Source of the DNA: an uncultured Bifidobacteriaceae bacterium | GTDB taxonomy: Bacteria; Acidobacteriota; Vicinamibacteria; Vicinamibacterales; UBA2999 | Length of the DNA: 64,000 nucleotides | Direction: 5' to 3' | NCBI GenBank assembly: GCA_964372085.1 | Contig: CAYJPQ010000005.1 | Coordinates: 27,449-91,448, forward strand | In this document: positions 9,276-17,752 of the stretch, piece by piece | How positions within the stretch are numbered: position 1 is the stretch's first letter | Layout: each line of letters opens with the position of its first letter | Notes under the pieces: generated by a model | The model's input: the letters and a program-made list of their open reading frames with translations, nothing else | Told to the model about the DNA's origin: nothing | Database searches by the model: none | Position numbers and translations under genes: made by a program

Positions 9276-10226
9276 ATGGCCCTTCGGGTTGCGTTTTTCG
9301 GGACGCCCGCCTTCGCGGTGCCCACCCTGGACCAGTTGCTGCGCTCGTCGCACCTCGTGGTGGGCGTCATCACGCAGCCCGATCGGCCGCGCGGCCGCGG
9401 CCAGCATGTGGCTGCCGCGCCGGTGAAGGCCGTGGCCCTCGCCGCCGGCCTGCCCGTACTGCAGCCCGAGCGGCTGTCGCGCGACTGGTTCGAGGCCCCG
9501 TTCATGAACCTCGGCGCCGACATCGGCGTGGTCGCCGCCTACGGCAGGATCCTGCCCGACTGGCTGCTGGCCGCCCCTCGCCTGGGCCTCATCAACGTGC
9601 ATGCGTCGCTGCTGCCACGCTTCCGCGGCGCCTCGCCCATTCACCGGGCCGTGATGGCGGGCGACGCCGAGACCGGCGTCACCATCATGCGCGTCGTGAA
9701 GGCGCTCGATGCCGGGGCCATGCTCGCCGCCGCGCATGTGCCCATTGGCGCCGACGACACCACGGAGGACGTCGAGCGCGTGCTGGCCGTGCAGGGCGCC
9801 GCCCTGCTGGTGGATGCGCTCGACCGGATCGAGCGAGGGCCGGTGCCCGAGACGCCGCAGGATGAGGCCTTCGTTACCTATGCTCCCAAGCTGACCAAGG
9901 CCGAGGGCGCCGTGGACTGGTCGCGTCCGGCGCAGGAGGTGCACAACCAGATTCGCGGGTTGTCGCCGTGGCCGCGCGCGTATGCGTTCCTGGACGGGAC
10001 GCGGTTCATCATGCATCGCTCGCGGGTGGCCGATCGCCCCGCCGGCGGGACCGCGCCGGGCACCGTGGTGACGGCCTCCGCCGCCGACGGCCTGGTGGTG
10101 GCCTGTGGCGACGGCCGCACCATCGAGATCACCGAACTCCAACTGGAAGGCCGCCGCGCCATGCGGGCCCGCGAGCTGCTGGCGAGTCGCCACGTGGAGC
10201 CCGGCGCCCGTTTCACCACGGCATGA
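9276..10226 (+). CDS. fmt: methionyl-tRNA formyltransferase
   Basis: def-fmt synteny; HASLLPRFRGASPI formyltransferase motif. Confidence 0.95.
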   Translation: MALRVAFFGTPAFAVPTLDQLLRSSHLVVGVITQPDRPRGRGQHVAAAPVKAVALAAGLPVLQPERLSRDWFEAPFMNLGADIGVVAAYGRILPDWLLAAPRLGLINVHASLLPRFRGASPIHRAVMAGDAETGVTIMRVVKALDAGAMLAAAHVPIGADDTTEDVERVLAVQGAALLVDALDRIERGPVPETPQDEAFVTYAPKLTKAEGAVDWSRPAQEVHNQIRGLSPWPRAYAFLDGTRFIMHRSRVADRPAGGTAPGTVVTASAADGLVVACGDGRTIEITELQLEGRRAMRARELLASRHVEPGARFTTA

Positions 10227-11542
10227 TCGCCCCCGCGCGGCGCGCCGCCTTCGACGTCCTGCTGCAAATCGACTCCGATCGCGTCGACCTGGGCACGGCG
10301 ATGGCCGCCGTGCAGCGCCAGCTGGCCGACGAGCGCGACCGCGGGCTGGCGCTGGAGCTGGTCTCGGGCACGCTGCGGCGACGGGCCGCGCTCGATTACC
10401 AGATCGCCAGCCGCGCCTTCCGTCCGCTGGCCCGCCTCGATCGCGCGGTGCTGGCCAGCCTGCGGCTCGCCGCGTACCAGGTGATGTACCTCTCGCGGCA
10501 ACCGGCGTCGGCCGCCATCAATGATGCGGTGGAACTGGTGCGCCGGGCCGGCAAGTCGAGCGCCGCCGGGCTGGTCAACGCGGTGCTGAGGACCTTGTCG
10601 CGCGACCGCGACTCGCTGCAATGGCCGCCCCGTCCCGAGGCCGCCGACACGCCCGACGATCACGCGCGGCTGGTGGAGCACCTCGCCACCGTGCACTCGC
10701 ATCCCGGCTGGCTGGTGTCGCGATGGGTCGTTCGTCACGGCGCCGACGCCGCGGAGCGGTGGCTGGTGTTCAACAACGAGCCCGCGCCGCTCTGCCTGGC
10801 GCCCAACCGCGCGGTGGTCACGCGCGAGCAACTGCAGGATCGGCTCCGCGGCGAGGGCGTGGAGACCCGCCACACGGTGCGTGCGCCGCATGGCCTGATC
10901 GTGGAGGCCGGCCGCCCGCTCCGCGGACAGGCGTTCACGGACGGGCTGTTCGTGGCCCAGGACGAAGCGTCGCAACTGATTGCCGCGCTGGCCTCGCCTC
11001 CCAACGGGGCGCGCGTGCTCGACCTGTGCGCGTCGCCGGGAGGGAAGACTGTGGCCCTGGCCGCCGACGTCGGCCCGGCCGGACTGGTGGTGGCGTGCGA
11101 CCTGCGGCCGCATCGGCTTCGCGTGCTGGCCAGGACCCTGCGCCGCTGCCGCGTGGGGCGTGCGCCCGTCGTGCAGGTGCCGCCGGCCGGCGACCTGCCC
11201 TTTGCCGACGCCTGCGTCGACGCGGTGCTCATCGATGCGCCCTGCTCGGGGTTGGGCACCCTGCGCCGCGACCCCGACATCCGGTGGCGCCGCACGGCGG
11301 ACGACCTGCCGGTGATGGCCGGCACGCAACGCGCGCTGCTGGCCCGTGCCGCGCGCCTGGTGCGCCCCGGCGGTCGCATCACCTACGGCACCTGCTCCAG
11401 CGAGCCTGACGAGAACCAGGACGTGGTGGCGGCGTTCCTGCGCGACCACCCCGCCTTCTCGCTGGAGCGCGAGCACCAGACGCTCCCCTTCCGCGATGCC
11501 CTCGAAGCCTTCTACGGCGCCGTTCTCGCTCGGCGGCTCTGA
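10223..11542 (+). CDS. rsmB: 16S rRNA (cytosine-C5) methyltransferase RsmB/Sun family
   Basis: NusB-like N-domain, SAM site DLCASPGGKT, catalytic DAPCSGLGTLRRDPD and TCS; ORF 9968.. trimmed to MIAPARRAAF giving ATGA overlap with fmt. Confidence 0.9.
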   Translation: MIAPARRAAFDVLLQIDSDRVDLGTAMAAVQRQLADERDRGLALELVSGTLRRRAALDYQIASRAFRPLARLDRAVLASLRLAAYQVMYLSRQPASAAINDAVELVRRAGKSSAAGLVNAVLRTLSRDRDSLQWPPRPEAADTPDDHARLVEHLATVHSHPGWLVSRWVVRHGADAAERWLVFNNEPAPLCLAPNRAVVTREQLQDRLRGEGVETRHTVRAPHGLIVEAGRPLRGQAFTDGLFVAQDEASQLIAALASPPNGARVLDLCASPGGKTVALAADVGPAGLVVACDLRPHRLRVLARTLRRCRVGRAPVVQVPPAGDLPFADACVDAVLIDAPCSGLGTLRRDPDIRWRRTADDLPVMAGTQRALLARAARLVRPGGRITYGTCSSEPDENQDVVAAFLRDHPAFSLEREHQTLPFRDALEAFYGAVLARRL

Positions 11543-11637
11543 GCTCGTGAACCCCTGGAGCTCGTGAACTCCTGAACCCGTGAACCCCTGAACCCGTGAA
11601 CCCCTGAACCCGTGAACCCCTGAACCCGTGAACCCTG
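11541..11637 (+). repeat. tandem array of (G/C)TGAACCC octamers (about six 16-17 bp double units)
   Basis: gagctcgtgaacccctg x2 then aacccgtgaacccctg x4; begins inside the rsmB stop codon. Confidence 0.95.
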
Positions 11638-11658
11638 TAGTACCATTACCCGTTGTCG

Positions 11659-12381
11659 ATGCCGCTGGGAACCAAGGTCTGGAGTTACGGCAAGGTCCTG
11701 TTCCTTGCCGGTGCCCTGGTGGGCACGTTCGTCCTGTTTGCCGGCATCTCGATGCGGGTGGCGACTCGCGTCCGTCAGGTGACGGTGCCCGACCTGGTGG
11801 GCAAGCCCATCGCTGAAGCCACGCTGCTGGCCGGCGGCCTCGACCTGCCCCTGCGCATCGAGGAAATGCGGCGTCCCGATCTCAAGGTGCCGGCCGGCCA
11901 TGTCCTGGGGCAAGACCCCGAGCCCGGATCGTCGGCCCGCCGCCAGCGCAGTGTCCGCGTGTGGCTCAGCTCGGGGCCGCACATTGCCATGGCGCCCATG
12001 CTCGTGGGCGAGGGCCAGCGGTCGGCCGAGATCACCGTGGCCCAGGAAGGCCTCTCGATTGCCAGCGTGGCCGAGATTCGATCGGCGCGCTACCCGCCCG
12101 ACGTGGTGGTCGCGCAGGATCCGCCCCCCTCGACGCAGACCGCGGAGGTGCGCCTGCTGGTGAACCGCGGCGAAGACCGGGCCACATACGTGATGCCCGA
12201 CCTTATTGGCGTTAACGGCGAGCGCGCCGCGGACGTGCTGCGCGTGCGCGGGTTCCGCGTGTCGATCACGGCGCAGTCGGCGGCCTCGTCGATCCCGCCG
12301 GGCGTGGTGGTGCGGCAGACGCCGCCCGGTGGCTACCAGGTTCATCCCGGTGACGCCATTGCCCTCGAGGTGAGCCGATGA
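11659..12381 (+). CDS. membrane-anchored PASTA domain protein (three PASTA repeats)
   Basis: TM helix then three PDLVGK/PMLVGE/PDLIGV-initiated ~65-aa PASTA-like units; TTG at 11653 is an alternative start. Confidence 0.75.
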   Translation: MPLGTKVWSYGKVLFLAGALVGTFVLFAGISMRVATRVRQVTVPDLVGKPIAEATLLAGGLDLPLRIEEMRRPDLKVPAGHVLGQDPEPGSSARRQRSVRVWLSSGPHIAMAPMLVGEGQRSAEITVAQEGLSIASVAEIRSARYPPDVVVAQDPPPSTQTAEVRLLVNRGEDRATYVMPDLIGVNGERAADVLRVRGFRVSITAQSAASSIPPGVVVRQTPPGGYQVHPGDAIALEVSR

Positions 12382-13061
12382 GCATCCAGCTGGCGCCCTC
12401 CATCCTGGCGGCCGACTTCGCCTTCCTCGGCCGCGATGTCGAGGCCATCGCGCGCGGCGGCGCCGATCTCGTGCACGTGGACGTGATGGACGGCCACTTC
12501 GTCCCCAACATCACCATCGGCGTGCCCGTGGTGCGCGCGCTGAAGCGGGTCACCTCGCTGCCGCTCGATGTGCACCTGATGATCGCCGACCCCGACCGCT
12601 ACCTCGAGGCCTTCGTCGACGCCGGGGCCGCCATGTTGTCGGTGCACCTCGAAGTGCTGCCCCACCTGCATCGCACAATCGGCGAGATCAAGAGGCTCGG
12701 CGCAAAAGCGGGGGTCGTCCTTAACCCGTCCACACCGGCGTCGCTGCTCGAAGAGGTGGCGGGAGACGTCGACTTCGTGCTGGTGATGTCGGTGAACCCC
12801 GGGTTTGGCGGCCAGCGGTTCATCCCGCACAGCCTCGTCAAGATTCGCGCGGTGCGCGCGGTGCTCGACGCGGCCGGCAACACCGCCGCGCCCGTCGAGG
12901 TGGATGGCGGCGTGGATCTCACCACCGTCGCGGCGGTTGTCGAGGCCGGCGCCGACATCCTCGTGGCCGGCCAGGCCATCTTCGGGGGCGGCCAGGCCGA
13001 ATCCGCCGCGCGGCAATTGAAAGCGGCCGCCGTGACCGCCCGCCAGGGCCGCCGTTCGTGA
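12378..13061 (+). CDS. rpe: ribulose-phosphate 3-epimerase
   Basis: SILAADFAFLGRDV...GADLVHVDVMDGHFVPNIT and MSVNPGFGGQ motifs; ATGA overlap upstream. Confidence 0.95.
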   Translation: MSIQLAPSILAADFAFLGRDVEAIARGGADLVHVDVMDGHFVPNITIGVPVVRALKRVTSLPLDVHLMIADPDRYLEAFVDAGAAMLSVHLEVLPHLHRTIGEIKRLGAKAGVVLNPSTPASLLEEVAGDVDFVLVMSVNPGFGGQRFIPHSLVKIRAVRAVLDAAGNTAAPVEVDGGVDLTTVAAVVEAGADILVAGQAIFGGGQAESAARQLKAAAVTARQGRRS

Positions 13062-13468
13062 AGCACCCCGCCACGCACGTGGGTCGCTCCACCGTACGGG
13101 TGCGCTACGCCGAGACCGACAAGATGGGCGTCGTGTATTACGCGAACTATTTCATCTGGTTTGAGATTGGCCGTACCAGCTGGCTGCGCGACACCGGGTG
13201 GTCGTACCGGCACATGGAGGACGCGGGCCTGGCCCTGCCCGTGATTGCGGCGCACTGCGAGTACGCGCAGAGCGCGCGCTATGATGACGAGTTGGAAGTG
13301 CGGACGCGAGCCAGCCTCCTGTCGCCCGTGCGCATCCGCTTCGACTACGAGGTGGCGACCGACGGCGGCGCGGCCGCCATCGCCACCGGCTATACGGTAC
13401 ACGTCACACTCGATCGGCAGGGGCGGCCGGTGCGCCTGCCCGAACGCGTGAGGGAGCTTTTCGCATGA
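13058..13468 (+). CDS. acyl-CoA thioesterase, 4HBT/YbgC family
   Basis: VRYAETDKMGVVYYANYFIWFE hotdog-fold signature; GTG start overlapping rpe stop (GTGA). Confidence 0.8.
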   Translation: MKHPATHVGRSTVRVRYAETDKMGVVYYANYFIWFEIGRTSWLRDTGWSYRHMEDAGLALPVIAAHCEYAQSARYDDELEVRTRASLLSPVRIRFDYEVATDGGAAAIATGYTVHVTLDRQGRPVRLPERVRELFA

Positions 13469-14406
13469 GGGCGTTGGTCACGGGGGGAGCCGGGTTCATC
13501 GGCTCGACCCTGAGCGAGCGGCTGCTGGCGCAGGGCGCCGAGGTGGTGGCGCTCGACAGCTTCACCGATTTCTATCCGCGGCCGCTGAAGGAGGCCAACC
13601 TGTCGGGCCTGCGGGGCCACGACCGGTATCGCTTCGTCGAGGGCGACATCCGCGAGGTGGATTTGCCCGGGCTCCTCGATGGCGTGACCCACGTCTTTCA
13701 CCTGGCCGCGCAGGCCGGCGTGCGCCGGAGTTGGGGCCAGGAATTCCAGGTCTACACCGGCCTCAACGTCGACTCGACCCAGCGGCTGCTGGAGGCGTGC
13801 GTCGGCCGTCCCATCGAGCGGCTCGTCTATGCCTCAAGCTCGTCGGTGTACGGGGACGCTGTGGCGATTCCGATGGTGGAGACGGCCCTGCCGCAACCCG
13901 TATCGCCGTATGGGGTGACGAAGCTGGCCGCCGAGCAACTCTGCCATCTGTACTTCGTGAACTACGGCGTCCCAGCGGTTTCGCTGCGGTATTTCACCGT
14001 GTATGGCCCCCGTCAGCGTCCAGACATGGGGTTTCACCGGTTCTTCTCCGCCATCCTGGCCGGGAGGCCGCTCGTCCAGTTCGGGGACGGCTTGCAGACC
14101 CGGGACTTCACGTTCGTGGCTGATGCGGTGACCGCCACCGCCACGGCCGCCGTCCGGGGGGTCCCCGGGCGCGTCTACAATATCGGGGGCGGCGCGCGTG
14201 TGTCGCTCAAGGACGTATTCGACCTGATTGCCCGGGTGTCGGGCCGGCCAGTGGTCATCGACCGGCAGGGGTCCCAGAAGGGCGACATGCGCGACACCTA
14301 TGCCGAGACGGCCCGGGCCCAGGCCGACCTTGGCTTTGTCCCGTCGGTGACGCTCGAAGAAGGCCTGCGGGCCATGTGGCGCTGGATGGAAGCGACGAGA
14401 ACATGA
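13465..14406 (+). CDS. NAD-dependent sugar-nucleotide epimerase/dehydratase (SDR family)
   Basis: VTGGAGFIGS Rossmann motif and YGVTK (YxxxK) catalytic motif. Confidence 0.85.
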   Translation: MRALVTGGAGFIGSTLSERLLAQGAEVVALDSFTDFYPRPLKEANLSGLRGHDRYRFVEGDIREVDLPGLLDGVTHVFHLAAQAGVRRSWGQEFQVYTGLNVDSTQRLLEACVGRPIERLVYASSSSVYGDAVAIPMVETALPQPVSPYGVTKLAAEQLCHLYFVNYGVPAVSLRYFTVYGPRQRPDMGFHRFFSAILAGRPLVQFGDGLQTRDFTFVADAVTATATAAVRGVPGRVYNIGGGARVSLKDVFDLIARVSGRPVVIDRQGSQKGDMRDTYAETARAQADLGFVPSVTLEEGLRAMWRWMEATRT

Positions 14407-15191
14407 GTGGAGCGCGGATGGTGCCGGCGATTGCGCTGGTGTTGGCATTAGTGGCGGGTTGCGCGGGCAAGGGCGAGATATTGCCCTCGGGCGCGGTGGA
14501 CGCCGATAAGTTCCTCTTCGACAAGGGCACCGAGGCGGCCGCTGACAAGAAGTGGGTGAACGCCCGCGAGTACTTCAGGAACCTTGTCGACAACTACCCG
14601 CAGAGCGCGTATCGCCCCGATGCGAAGCTGGCGCTCGGCGATACTTACATGGGCGAGCACTCCACCGAGTCGCTGCTGCTCGGCGGCAACGAGTTTCGGG
14701 AGTTCCTGACCTTCTACCCCACCCACCCGCGGGCCGACTACGCCCAGCTCCAGCTGGCCCGCTCGTATACCGAGCAGATGCTGGCGCCCGAGCGCGACCA
14801 ATCGGCCACCAAGGACGCCGTCAAGGAGATCGAGGTCTTCCTGCAGCGCTTTCCCAACAGCCCCCTGATCACCGAGGCCCGCCAGCTCGAGCGTGAGGCG
14901 AAAGACCGGCTGAGCGAGGCCAACTACAAGGTGGGCTACTACTATTTCCGCGCGAAATGGTACCCCGGCGCCATCGACCGGTTCCGCGACGTGCTGGCCA
15001 CCGACCCGGCCTACACCATGCGCGACGCCGTCTATTACCACCTAGCGGAAAGCCTGTATCGAACCGATAAGAAACCGGAAGCGCTCCCCTACTACGAACG
15101 CTTGCTCCGCGAGTTCGAGACGAGCGAGTACCTCGAACTGAGCCAGAAACGCGTCGCGGAGCTCAAGGGCGGGACCCCCGCCGGAAAGTAG
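14403..15191 (+). CDS. bamD: outer membrane protein assembly factor BamD-like lipoprotein
   Basis: Lipobox LVAGC, TPR-like repeats, YRPDAKLALGDTYM / ADYAQLQLARSY BamD-type pattern; start set at ATGA overlap 14403. Confidence 0.75.
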   Translation: MSGARMVPAIALVLALVAGCAGKGEILPSGAVDADKFLFDKGTEAAADKKWVNAREYFRNLVDNYPQSAYRPDAKLALGDTYMGEHSTESLLLGGNEFREFLTFYPTHPRADYAQLQLARSYTEQMLAPERDQSATKDAVKEIEVFLQRFPNSPLITEARQLEREAKDRLSEANYKVGYYYFRAKWYPGAIDRFRDVLATDPAYTMRDAVYYHLAESLYRTDKKPEALPYYERLLREFETSEYLELSQKRVAELKGGTPAGK

Positions 15192-15199
15192 GCTTGCTC

Positions 15200-15955
15200 A
15201 TGCGCAGAAGTTTCCTTGCCGCCGCCGCGGTGCTCCTGGTGGCTGCCCCGGCGTCCGCGCAGACCGACCCCCGGATGCTCGGGCCACGCACGCTCACGCC
15301 CAACCACGTGCTCTGCACGGACATGCCCGTCCCGGCGCGCCCCGTGCCCACCCTGTTCGTGGCCGGCGGCCCCCCCGCCGCGGGCCGCCGGGGCGGGGCC
15401 CCCGGCGCGTCGCTGGTCATACACCCCGGCCCCTCTCACGGCCTGGCCGTGGGCCAGCGGTTGGTGACCCGGCGAATACAGGCGGCCGCGACGTTCCCGA
15501 AGCCCGGTGAGGGGTTTGGTTCCGTCCGGACGACCGGCATCGTCACCCTGACGGCCGTTGGCGAGGACACCAGCCTTGCGAAGGTCGACTTCTCGTGCGA
15601 CCCGATCGAGCCCGGCGACTTCGCCGAGGCGTACGTACAACCGGAACTGCCCACCGCGGCGCAGCCGTTGGGCGAGCCGCGCTTCGACGATCGCGCCACG
15701 GTCCTGTTTGGCGCCAACCGGCGCGAGACCTTCGGCGATGGCGACGTGATGTCCGTTGACCGGGGCTCGGCACATGGCCTCGCCGTGGGCGACCGCATCA
15801 GCCTCTACCGCGACCGGCAGAACGGCTTGCCCCTCTTCCACCTGGGCGAGGCCCTGGTGGTGGACCTGGCCGAGCAGACGGCGAAAGTCGTGATCCTGAC
15901 AGTGAGCGACGTCGTCCAGACGGGTGACGTGGCGGTGGTGCGCCGCGCCCCGTAA
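15200..15955 (+). CDS. hypothetical secreted protein with an internal two-fold domain duplication
   Basis: Signal peptide MRRSFLAAAAVLLVAAPASAQ; SHGLAVGQRLVTRR...PGDFAE mirrored by AHGLAVGDRISLYR...TGDVAV. Confidence 0.55.
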   Translation: MRRSFLAAAAVLLVAAPASAQTDPRMLGPRTLTPNHVLCTDMPVPARPVPTLFVAGGPPAAGRRGGAPGASLVIHPGPSHGLAVGQRLVTRRIQAAATFPKPGEGFGSVRTTGIVTLTAVGEDTSLAKVDFSCDPIEPGDFAEAYVQPELPTAAQPLGEPRFDDRATVLFGANRRETFGDGDVMSVDRGSAHGLAVGDRISLYRDRQNGLPLFHLGEALVVDLAEQTAKVVILTVSDVVQTGDVAVVRRAP

Positions 15956-15978
15956 CGCGGAAGGGCCGGGCGGGTGGT

Positions 15979-16584
15979 CTAGCTGGCCTTCCGCCTGGCC
16001 TGGGCCTCGGCGAAGTCAGCCACCTTGTGTGCCTGGCTCATGGCTCGATGGAAGCGGCGGTAATAGTCGATCGCCGACCAGAGGGCCGTGGCCAGCACCA
16101 CCCAGAGCGCGGCCTGCCCCAGCACCAGCAGCGCCGGCACGCGTTCCCACCCGAGAATCAGCAGCAGGATGGCCACCACCTGCGACACCATCTTGAGCTT
16201 GCCCAGGCCCGACGCCGGCATGGCCATGCCGCGCGCTGAGGCGATGCTGCGGAGGCCCGTGACGGCGAGCTCGCGGCCCGTGATGACGGCCACCATCCAG
16301 GCCGGCGCGAGGTCGAGCTGCACGAGCGACACGAGCGTGGCGAGGATGAGGAGCTTGTCGGCCAGGGGGTCGAGAATCTGGCCGAGCCAGGTGACCTGCC
16401 CCCGCCGCCGCGCGAGATAACCGTCGAGCCAGTCGGTGAGCGACGCGATGCCGAAGATGGCCCCGGCCACCAGCTCGACCGGCCAGCCGAGCACGAGGCG
16501 GCCCTCGAACTTGGTGAGCAGCACCGACACCAGGAGCGGCACCAGGAAGATGCGCGCGATGGTGAGGCTATTGGGCAGGTTCAT
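15979..16584 (-). CDS. pgsA: CDP-diacylglycerol--glycerol-3-phosphate 3-phosphatidyltransferase
   Basis: CDP-alcohol phosphatidyltransferase motif DWLDGYLARRRGQVTWLGQILDPLADK. Confidence 0.9.
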   Translation of the reverse strand: MNLPNSLTIARIFLVPLLVSVLLTKFEGRLVLGWPVELVAGAIFGIASLTDWLDGYLARRRGQVTWLGQILDPLADKLLILATLVSLVQLDLAPAWMVAVITGRELAVTGLRSIASARGMAMPASGLGKLKMVSQVVAILLLILGWERVPALLVLGQAALWVVLATALWSAIDYYRRFHRAMSQAHKVADFAEAQARRKAS

Positions 16585-16635
16585 GAGGCAAACGCGGTCA
16601 TTCTACCCCTCGGTCGTGTAAGATGGAAGTTTCTC

Positions 16636-17694
16636 ATGAAGGCCATACTCCTCGCCGGGGGCAAGGGAACGCGGCTGCGGCCGCTCACCATTCACACCCC
16701 CAAGCCCGTGGTGCCCATCTTCGACCGGGCATTCCTCCACTACCAGATCGACCTGCTGAAGCGGGTGCCCGAGATTGACGAGGTCATCCTCAGCCTGAAT
16801 TACCAGCCGCGCCGAATCGAGGAGATCTTCGGCGAGGGCGTGGGCACCGGCGTGCGGATCCGCTATGTCGTGGAGCCCGCCCCGCTGGGCACCGGCGGCG
16901 CCATCCGCTACGCCGCCCAGGGGACCACCGACACCATCGTGGTGTTCAACGGCGACGTGATGACGTCGGTCGACGTGAAGGCCGTGGTCGAGCACCACCG
17001 CCAGAGCCAGGCCCGGGCCACGATCGTCCTGACGCCGGTGGACAACCCCACGGCCTATGGCCTGGTGGACACCAACGCCGACGGCAGCGTCCGCCGGTTC
17101 CTGGAGAAGCCCAAGGCCGACGAAATCACTTGCGACACGATCAACGCGGGCATCTACGTGCTCGAGCCGGAGACCTTCGACCGCATTCCGAAGGACGTGT
17201 CGTACTCCATCGAGCGCGCCTACTTCCCTTCGCTCATCGAGCGAAAGGAGGCGTTCATGGCGTACGTGGACCGCGGCTACTGGATCGACATCGGCACGCC
17301 CGAGAAGTACGTGCAGGTGCACCGCGACATGTTCGACGGCAAGTTCAACGGCGGCCTGTTCCAGACGGCCGACCGCACGAAGCCCATCATCGCGCCCGAG
17401 GCGCGCATTGAAGAGGGCGCGATCATCGAGGGGCCGTGCTTCATCGACATGGGCGCGCAGATCAAGCCCGGCGCGCGCGTGGGGCCCTATTCAGTGATTG
17501 GACGCGGCGTACTGGTGGAGGAATCGGCCGACGTGGAGCGCGCCATCGTGTGGCCCAACACGCGCATCGGCCAGAACGCCGTCGTCCACGGCCCGGTGAT
17601 CGGCCGCGGCTGCCACGTGGGCCGCAACGCCGTGATCAAGAGCGCGGCGCTGCTCGGCGACAAGACATTGCTGACCGATTTCACGCAGTTGTAA
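16636..17694 (+). CDS. NDP-sugar pyrophosphorylase (mannose-1-phosphate guanylyltransferase-like) with C-terminal left-handed beta-helix
   Basis: LAGGKGTRLRPLT nucleotidyltransferase motif; C-terminal hexapeptide-repeat region. Confidence 0.85.
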   Translation: MKAILLAGGKGTRLRPLTIHTPKPVVPIFDRAFLHYQIDLLKRVPEIDEVILSLNYQPRRIEEIFGEGVGTGVRIRYVVEPAPLGTGGAIRYAAQGTTDTIVVFNGDVMTSVDVKAVVEHHRQSQARATIVLTPVDNPTAYGLVDTNADGSVRRFLEKPKADEITCDTINAGIYVLEPETFDRIPKDVSYSIERAYFPSLIERKEAFMAYVDRGYWIDIGTPEKYVQVHRDMFDGKFNGGLFQTADRTKPIIAPEARIEEGAIIEGPCFIDMGAQIKPGARVGPYSVIGRGVLVEESADVERAIVWPNTRIGQNAVVHGPVIGRGCHVGRNAVIKSAALLGDKTLLTDFTQL

Positions 17695-17703
17695 CGTCCC
17701 TTT

Positions 17704-17739
17704 GGCACACTAGGCACCGTACGCACCCTAGGCACCCTA
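17704..17739. repeat. four tandem 9-mers GGCACCNTA
   Basis: ggcacacta ggcaccgta cgcacccta ggcacccta between the pyrophosphorylase stop and the PMM start. Confidence 0.9.
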
Positions 17740-17752
17740 ACCGGTTAATTCC

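Noticed and set aside
11541-11637. Could the tandem arrays (also 58090-58145, 42444-42550 and others) be CRISPR arrays?
   Set aside because: Units are 7-17 bp and directly abutting, with no unique spacers. No cas genes are present.
17702-17717. TGGCAC at 17702 as a third sigma-54 promoter. Several intragenic TGGCAC/GGCACG occurrences, such as 31304 and 42563, were also considered.
   Set aside because: No TTGC-like -12 element lies at the required GG-N10-GC spacing. The intragenic hits are within conserved coding sequence.
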